Assembly: GCA_041287245.1 (NCBI GenBank)
Contig: JBEULP010000083.1
Coordinates: forward strand, 1 to 13,275
Source of the DNA: Infirmifilum sp.
Lineage (GTDB): Archaea > Thermoproteota > Thermoprotei > Thermofilales > Thermofilaceae
Direction of reading: 5' to 3'
DNA length: 13,275 nt
Both the position numbers and the translations under genes were made by a program. Under the pieces are notes generated by a model. That model was not told where the DNA came from and did not search any database. It saw only the letters and a program-made list of their open reading frames with translations. The stretch's first letter is position 1. Each line of letters begins with the position of its first letter. Shown one piece after another: positions 8,107 through 13,275 of this stretch.

Positions 8107-8807
8107 GTGAGGAGAAGAAGATAGAGGTAATGAGTTTATCTTACAGGCTAGTGCACACGCACAACCTACACTTCATAGCCTTCCTAACTATAACTGGTGT
8201 TATACTCCTCCTCCCCAACCTGTTCGGCTGGCTGGCACAAGCGATCGGGATGCCCTTAGCCACGTACCTTGGAACTCCGCCTGAGTCGGCGGGGGCAAGC
8301 CTAGCCCTGGTGCTACACGTTGCAATAGGCTTCCTGTGGGGTGCAATGCTGATCCTCTACGCCTTATACCTCCTCTACACCAGGAATATAAGGGTCTTCG
8401 ACTCACTGAAGAAGCCTCTCGGCAAACAGATACGCGAGGCAAAAGCCCTAGCCGGACGGTACATGCTCGGCAAGCCGATCCCACCAGAGGTTCTCGAGGA
8501 AATGGAGAGGCACAACGTACTCGTAGCCTACACCTTCATAATACTGCTAGTCGGAGTCATACTTGTCTCCATCAGTGGGGTAGCTCTAGCTTTCCGCAAC
8601 TACCTCCCGGTGGAAACTTTCAGAACTATGCTGCTAATGCACGACGTCGGCTTCGGGCTGATCATGCTGTTCCTCCTGCTACACCTCTACGCTTCCCTAC
8701 ACCCGGCTAACAGGCCAGTGCTCCACGCAATGTTCACAGACGGGATGATGACGATCAAGGAGCTCGAGGAACACATGAAAAGCTACCTCAAAAGATTCAG
8801 TAAGTGA
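8103..8807 (+). CDS. fdhC: Formate dehydrogenase cytochrome b556-like gamma subunit (FdnI-like)
   Basis: Four TM helices with candidate heme-ligand His residues (RLVH, LVLH, LLMHD, LLHLY), ITG after helix 1, and the C-terminal AMFTDG motif. ATGA overlap with the fdhB stop indicates translational coupling. Confidence 0.88.
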   Translation: MSEEKKIEVMSLSYRLVHTHNLHFIAFLTITGVILLLPNLFGWLAQAIGMPLATYLGTPPESAGASLALVLHVAIGFLWGAMLILYALYLLYTRNIRVFDSLKKPLGKQIREAKALAGRYMLGKPIPPEVLEEMERHNVLVAYTFIILLVGVILVSISGVALAFRNYLPVETFRTMLLMHDVGFGLIMLFLLLHLYASLHPANRPVLHAMFTDGMMTIKELEEHMKSYLKRFSK

Positions 8808-9361
8808 TAGAGACAATGGACGACGAGCTTTTAGACTTGCTCATATGCGGTGACGACAAGAAATGCCGCGAAGACCTCGAGACCGCAGTACAAGACCTCC
8901 TATCCCTAGATGACCCATCCCGGGCCCAGGGCAGGCCGGGGGTAGAGGAAAAAATCCCCGGCCTGGAGGAGTACTCAAAAAGGCGTCTTCTTTACCTCTC
9001 ATCCAAAGAAAAAGTATTTGAGCACAGCTTTTCAAGCAGGTGCCCCGTCTGCGGAGACACGCCCACATTACTCTTCAAGGTGAACGACACCCTTTACGCC
9101 AAGTGCACATGCGGCGCGATCTGGAGGTACGCCTCCGAGTGGACCTGTCCCGCCTGCGGCTCGAAAGGGCATGAAAACTTCACCGCTAAGCTGTACGGTG
9201 TACCCCCGGTGCTTATATTCAAAAAGTGCTCTAAATGCGGCTTCACCTTCGCCGTGCTCCCGGAGCCGTTTACAGAGGTGCCACCCGGCATACACAAGCT
9301 CCACTTGAAAATCAACGTGGCGAGAACAATTATAGAGGCGACGCAAGATGGGAGGCGATGA
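8804..9361 (+). CDS. fdhE: FdhE-like formate dehydrogenase accessory protein (short form, Cys-rich C-terminal domain)
   Basis: CPVCG, C.CG..W, CPACG and C.KCG occur in the order seen in the FdhE C-terminal metal-binding region. GTGA overlap with the fdhC stop; alternative ATG at 8816. Confidence 0.72.
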   Translation: MIETMDDELLDLLICGDDKKCREDLETAVQDLLSLDDPSRAQGRPGVEEKIPGLEEYSKRRLLYLSSKEKVFEHSFSSRCPVCGDTPTLLFKVNDTLYAKCTCGAIWRYASEWTCPACGSKGHENFTAKLYGVPPVLIFKKCSKCGFTFAVLPEPFTEVPPGIHKLHLKINVARTIIEATQDGRR

Positions 9362-9590
9362 GAAGAAGGAGAACAGGGATCTCTTCCGCGACGCAGAGGA
9401 GAAAATACTTAGACAGTGGGAGGAGATAGCTGCCCACATCGAAAGCCAGCAGGTTCTATACGCCGAGTTCCTCCAGGGCTTCGCGGGGCTATACTACAGG
9501 GACGCCGACGAAAGCTGCGGGTCGACCAAGCAGAAACACGGGAAACGGGACAAGACCGAGAAGAGGCAAACAATATTTCAGGATAAATAA
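9348..9590 (+). CDS. Small hypothetical protein, last gene of the FDH operon
   Basis: 80 aa, overlaps the fdhE-like gene by 14 nt, has genome-like codon usage, and is followed directly by oligo-T tracts. Confidence 0.6.
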   Translation: MGGDEKKENRDLFRDAEEKILRQWEEIAAHIESQQVLYAEFLQGFAGLYYRDADESCGSTKQKHGKRDKTEKRQTIFQDK

Positions 9591-9631
9591 TTTTTTTTAA
9601 ATTAAAGCAGCTTTTCCTTCTTTTTTGTTTT
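9591..9631 (+). terminator. Oligo-T archaeal terminator of the FDH operon
   Basis: T8 immediately after the stop, then TTTTCCTTCTTTTTTGTTTT. Confidence 0.6.
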
Positions 9632-9683
9632 CCACAATAGGCTTGGTGCGTCGGGGCTAAATACTTACGTAGCTAGTGCTGGG

Positions 9684-9691
9684 TTTATATA
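9684..9691 (+). promoter_or_regulatory. Putative TATA box for the coiled-coil protein
   Basis: TTTATATA ends about 25 nt upstream of ATG 9716. Confidence 0.55.
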
Positions 9692-9715
9692 GCCGGTCAC
9701 AATTATATAATAGGA

Positions 9716-10501
9716 ATGGCTAACTCGAGGGCTTCACTCAAGAAGAGGCTCCTTGAACTGTTAAGAGAGGATGCGGAGTTTAGGTACGCCGTGGCAGGCC
9801 TGCTGGGTATACAAGGGGTGCTAGACGAGCTAAGGAAGCTTCGAGAAGACTTTCACAGGTTTATAGAAATAGAGAATAGGCGCTGGGAGGAGAACGACAA
9901 GAAATGGGCTGAAAACCTTCGAAGATGGGAGGAGAACGAGCGGAGATGGATTGAAAATATGAAGCGCTGGGAGGAGAATGATAAGAAGTGGGAGGAGAAC
10001 TTCAAGAGGTGGGAGGAGAACGACAAAAAATGGGCTGAAAACCTTCGAAGATGGGAGGTGAACGACAAGAGGTGGGAGGAGCAGGCTAATGTGAACAAGC
10101 TGATTTTAAACGCTTTACACGAGATAAGGGTTTCTCTAGGTGGAGCCTACGAGTACTACACGGCGAGTTGGGTTCAAGCGTGGCTGGAGGGGCAGGGGTA
10201 TAGGTGCGACGTGAAGGTTAACGTTACGCTGCCCGTCGACGGCTTCAAGGAGGTTGACGTGGTGTGCTTCGACCCGCTCGTGGTGGCGGAGGCGACAGTC
10301 TCGCTTAAAACCGTGGAAGAGGCGGACCGGGAGGTTAAAAAACTAATTGCAAACGCGAGTGCAGCCGAGAGATTCACTGGGAAGAAAGTTTACGCTAAGA
10401 TACTCGCAGTCGAGAACACCCCCGAGGAGGTCGCCCACTACCTGGAGAGGGTCAGTAAGGAGCAGGGCATTATACTCATTCTTGGCAGAAAATACGAATA
10501 A
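9716..10501 (+). CDS. Archaeal coiled-coil protein with C-terminal PD-(D/E)XK-like domain (DUF3782-like family)
   Basis: N-terminal LLELLREDAEFRYAVAGLLG signature, heptad-repeat stalk, then LGG..E....W, EVDVV and VVAEAT. This architecture is recalled for the crenarchaeal coiled-coil nuclease-like family. Confidence 0.8.
   Translation: MANSRASLKKRLLELLREDAEFRYAVAGLLGIQGVLDELRKLREDFHRFIEIENRRWEENDKKWAENLRRWEENERRWIENMKRWEENDKKWEENFKRWEENDKKWAENLRRWEVNDKRWEEQANVNKLILNALHEIRVSLGGAYEYYTASWVQAWLEGQGYRCDVKVNVTLPVDGFKEVDVVCFDPLVVAEATVSLKTVEEADREVKKLIANASAAERFTGKKVYAKILAVENTPEEVAHYLERVSKEQGIILILGRKYE
9884..10081 (+). repeat. Coding 21-bp tandem repeat: nine W-x-x-N-x-K/R-K/R heptads plus a partial tenth
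   Basis: TGG codons every 21 nt from 9884 to 10073 (WEENDKK, WAENLRR, WEENERR, WIENMKR, WEENDKK, WEENFKR, WEENDKK, WAENLRR, WEVNDKR, WEE). 9884-9932 and 10010-10058 match at 48 of 49 nt. Confidence 0.92.
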
Positions 10502-10700
10502 AGTTTCAAGCCCCCTCAAAATATTTGACTCGGGGTCTTATAGTTGGAGGTCCAACACGCCCAAGCCAATATAGTTCTATCTAGTGCAGTTCTTGTGAAG
10601 TATTTCAGGCTGCGCCTCTGAGGTCCAGCGTTTGTAAAGGAGACTGTAAGCTTGGGGTACAGGTTTTCAAGCGGTGATTCTCCACCTTGACTACACGGCT

Positions 10701-11828
10701 CTAAGGCTTGAATGTCTTCCCGAGCCTTTCAAGCTCAGCCAGAGAGGATATGTCTCCTCCGATTATCGACCCCTCGCCGAGAATCCGCCTCACCTCAGCC
10801 ATGGATCTAAGCGCTGGTAGGGCCTTACCCTCCTCGTCAAACAAGGCTGTGGCGCCTCCAAGCCAGGGGCTTAGCCCCGGGGTAGGGATCAAGGTCGGCT
10901 CCCACCAGATGATCCCTATACAGCCTGTGCCGTTAAGCGTGGATGCAATGTCGATAAGGTATTGACGCTGGCCCTCGGGGGTGAGGCTCCAAACAGCTGT
11001 GCTGGCGTCTGACCACGGCAGGGCGGAGAGGTTGACTGGCTTATAGGGGTATGCGGTCTCAACGATTAGCACCTCCTTGCCGAATGTCCTAGATGCCTTT
11101 TCAACGTTTTCACGGAGCTTCTCAAGCGTGCCGTGCCACCACGGGTAGTAGCTTAGCGCGATCACGTCAAACGGCACTCCTCGTTGCTCCAGGTTCGAGA
11201 AGAACCAGAGCGTGGTCTCCCAGCCTGTCGCTGGGATGTGTATCGCTATCTTAGCGTTCGGCGCAGAGTCGCGGACTGCCTGAGCCGCCGTCTTCAATAA
11301 CAATGCGAATCGGTTCCACTGGGACTCGGGGTCGTCGATGCCACATATTTTTCCGTATGGCCAGAGGAAGCCGCAGGAAACCTCGTTTCCAATCTGAACT
11401 ATGTCTGGGTACGCTCCAGCTTGTATAAACTGCTCTAAGGTGGTACGCGTGTAGTTGTAGACACGTGCCAACAGCTCGGGGTAGCTGAGGTTCTCCCATT
11501 CCTTAGGGGTCTCCTGGCGGCCCGGGTCGGCCCACGTGTCTGAGTAGTGGATGTCGAGGATGAGCCTGGCCCCCGCTGCCTTTACACGCCTCGCCAGGAG
11601 TAAGGTATAGCTGAGGTTGTTGCCTGTGAAGCCGCCCCACTCGTCGCGGGGCTTAGGGTTTACGAAGAGCCGCAGGCGGAAGCAGTTGGCGCCGTAGCTA
11701 GCCATGATGGCTATAGCGTCATTACTCTCGTCAGGCGTTGCCCGGTGCGGCACCCCTACTATAAGCGTTACAACTATAGCTAGTAGGATGGCTGAGAATA
11801 CTGCTAGAAGCAGCCACCTCGGAGTCAC
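10701..11828 (-). CDS. Glycoside hydrolase family 53 (arabinogalactan endo-beta-1,4-galactanase), N-terminally membrane-anchored, apparently circularly permuted
   Basis: G.N..RLRLFVNP, LDIHYSDTWADPGRQ.TP..W, VQIGNE (acid/base Glu), FDVIALSYYP.WHG, IVETAYP (nucleophile Glu), WWEP and ALFD..G.ALP are GH53 motifs. N-terminal hydrophobic helix. Confidence 0.92.
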   Translation of the reverse strand: MTPRWLLLAVFSAILLAIVVTLIVGVPHRATPDESNDAIAIMASYGANCFRLRLFVNPKPRDEWGGFTGNNLSYTLLLARRVKAAGARLILDIHYSDTWADPGRQETPKEWENLSYPELLARVYNYTRTTLEQFIQAGAYPDIVQIGNEVSCGFLWPYGKICGIDDPESQWNRFALLLKTAAQAVRDSAPNAKIAIHIPATGWETTLWFFSNLEQRGVPFDVIALSYYPWWHGTLEKLRENVEKASRTFGKEVLIVETAYPYKPVNLSALPWSDASTAVWSLTPEGQRQYLIDIASTLNGTGCIGIIWWEPTLIPTPGLSPWLGGATALFDEEGKALPALRSMAEVRRILGEGSIIGGDISSLAELERLGKTFKP

Positions 11829-11933
11829 ACCATTTATGTGGTGGGCGGGCTTATTAGGCTAATGAAGCCTGTAAGCCAACGAGTACCCTGGGAGAATATT
11901 CAGAGCTAGACCCTCACATGTACAAGCCCCTTG

Positions 11934-11946
11934 CAAAAGCTTATAG
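11934..11946 (+). promoter_or_regulatory. Putative BRE/TATA for the metallophosphoesterase
   Basis: CAAAAGCTTATAG upstream of the in-frame ATGs at 11958 and 11988. Confidence 0.45.
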
Positions 11947-11987
11947 CCACGCCCGTTATGAATCATAAGGAAGGGTGGTTTACGGAT

Positions 11988-13275
11988 ATGTTTTCAAACA
12001 AGGGGGCTCACCTAGTCCTCCTCCTTCTTGTACTTGCTTTCACAGCTAGACTCGTTTTAGCCGCGCCTAACCAGACCCTGACGGACGCCCGCGCCGTGCA
12101 GATACCGGGCAACCTTCCCTGGTACCCGCTGGTGTTCTTCGGCGACAACAGGCCCATGGACTATCTCTCCGACTACCCTCCAGATGTCTTCTACGCGGCG
12201 ATAAACGAGATAAACATGATCTACCCCATAGCGGCGATAGGGCTTGGAGACCACGTGGGATACGGGTACGAGTCACAGTACAAGGCTTTCTACGATATAA
12301 TGCTTTCTACCAGGCTTGAAAACCTCTGGTTCATCATGGGAAACCACGAGGTAGTCCACCCTGACGGCTGGAAGTACTGGCCGCAGTATATAGGCCCCCT
12401 CTACGCCGTCCACGACGACATCCCAGGGTGGAGAATAGCACTCCTGAACAGTGAGGTCGACGTCAAGCAGTGGAACCAGATGCTCAACGCAAGCTACACA
12501 GGGCTTGGCGGCAGAAAACTACTGTTAGTGTTACACAGGCCCCTTCTCCCAGAAGTCAACCACAACCTCCAGGAGGACAAGTCCGCCATCCTTAAAGCCT
12601 ACATGGCGAGGTATAGCGCCACACCCCTAGTCGTCCAGGCACACTGGCACGGCTGGGCATACTACAGGTGCAACGCTACAGACTGGATAATCGCAGGCTC
12701 CACGGGCGCCCCCCTATACCCCGCGAGCGACTGCCAAAGCGGCGCAACGTGCGTATCGCAGTACCACTACCTATACGTGATACTCTACCCCAACGGCACG
12801 TACAGCTTCGCACCCGTCTCCGTCACTAACGGGACCCTGAAGGTAAGGACGATTAACGAGACCGCATACCTCGTCGAGAACCACAAGCTAGACGTCTACG
12901 GCAGACCCGTCTCCATACCCCTGCGCCTCAAGTACCTCGTAGGACAAACCACTATCTACGCCGTCCTCATAGCCCCTCCAAACTCCACCATCATACTTAA
13001 CATAAACCCCAGCCAAGGAAACAAGCTGTACACAAACACCACCACAATATACCTCTACTACACTGGCAGCCAGCCAAAAGCCACAGTCATCACAAACACC
13101 GCCGCAACTCTAACATCCTATGGGCTAAACGGACCCGTAAGGGCAATCCTTGACCTCAAAGAGATCCAACCCCCACCAAAGCCCCAACAGCCACCCCCTC
13201 AAAGCCAACAGCAAAAACCACAACCCCCACAGAACACCACCCAGACAACAACCCCACCCGCACAACCCCAACAAC
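11988..13275 (+). CDS. Secreted calcineurin-like metallophosphoesterase with beta-rich domain and Pro/Gln/Thr linker (3'-truncated by the window edge)
   Basis: Hand translation is open from ATG 11988 (alternative in-frame ATG 11958) to the window end. Signal peptide MFSNKGAHLVLLLLVLAFTARLVLA; motifs FFGDNRP, GLGDHVG, MGNHE, VLHRP, VQAHWH; many N-x-S/T sequons. It is missing from the ORF track, probably because it has no stop in the window. Confidence 0.88.
   Translation, partial: MFSNKGAHLVLLLLVLAFTARLVLAAPNQTLTDARAVQIPGNLPWYPLVFFGDNRPMDYLSDYPPDVFYAAINEINMIYPIAAIGLGDHVGYGYESQYKAFYDIMLSTRLENLWFIMGNHEVVHPDGWKYWPQYIGPLYAVHDDIPGWRIALLNSEVDVKQWNQMLNASYTGLGGRKLLLVLHRPLLPEVNHNLQEDKSAILKAYMARYSATPLVVQAHWHGWAYYRCNATDWIIAGSTGAPLYPASDCQSGATCVSQYHYLYVILYPNGTYSFAPVSVTNGTLKVRTINETAYLVENHKLDVYGRPVSIPLRLKYLVGQTTIYAVLIAPPNSTIILNINPSQGNKLYTNTTTIYLYYTGSQPKATVITNTAATLTSYGLNGPVRAILDLKEIQPPPKPQQPPPQSQQQKPQPPQNTTQTTTPPAQPQQ
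13167..13275 (+). repeat. Low-complexity C/A-rich stretch encoding a P/Q/T linker
   Basis: Translates QPPPKPQQPPPQSQQQKPQPPQNTTQTTPPPAQPQQ. Confidence 0.8.

Noticed and set aside
3871..9439. Many short antisense or alternate-frame ORFs inside fdh genes (similar ones occur in the aminotransferase, coiled-coil, GH53 and phosphoesterase genes)
   Set aside because: Shadow ORFs of GC-rich coding sequence that overlap well-supported genes.
9684..9709. ModE-like TATATA...TATATA box
   Set aside because: The spacing is too long, it lacks flanking CG, and it lies downstream of the FDH operon. It is better explained as a TATA box.
9884..10081. CRISPR array
   Set aside because: The units are contiguous in-frame 21-mers with no unique spacers.
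10510..10556. Short inverted repeats between convergent genes (TCAAA-ATA-TTTGA; GTTGGA-GG-TCCAAC)
   Set aside because: Too short to assign. No transposase or target duplication is seen.

Overview
Archaeal window, most likely from a hyperthermophilic Thermoproteota member (Thermofilaceae-like). This is an inference from AGG/AGA Arg and ATA Ile codons, TATA-like boxes about 25 nt upstream of start codons, oligo-T terminators and the protein families present. Gene order: small membrane protein; GC-rich, stem-rich intergenic region; class I/II PLP aminotransferase (alanine aminotransferase-like); V4R-like Cys protein (minus strand), divergent from a complete respiratory FDH-N-type formate dehydrogenase locus (fdhD, Tat-exported Cys-type Mo/W alpha, 4x[4Fe-4S] beta, cytochrome b gamma, FdhE-like Zn/Fe protein, 80-aa ORF); coiled-coil/PD-(D/E)XK-like protein with W-x-x-N heptad repeats; membrane-anchored GH53 beta-1,4-galactanase (minus strand); and a secreted calcineurin-like metallophosphoesterase that runs off the window and is absent from the ORF track. 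The most striking observation is that the GH53 enzyme appears circularly permuted: the motif that normally opens the barrel (G-x-D-I-S-S-L-x-E-L-E-x-x-G-x-x-F) sits at its extreme C-terminus.
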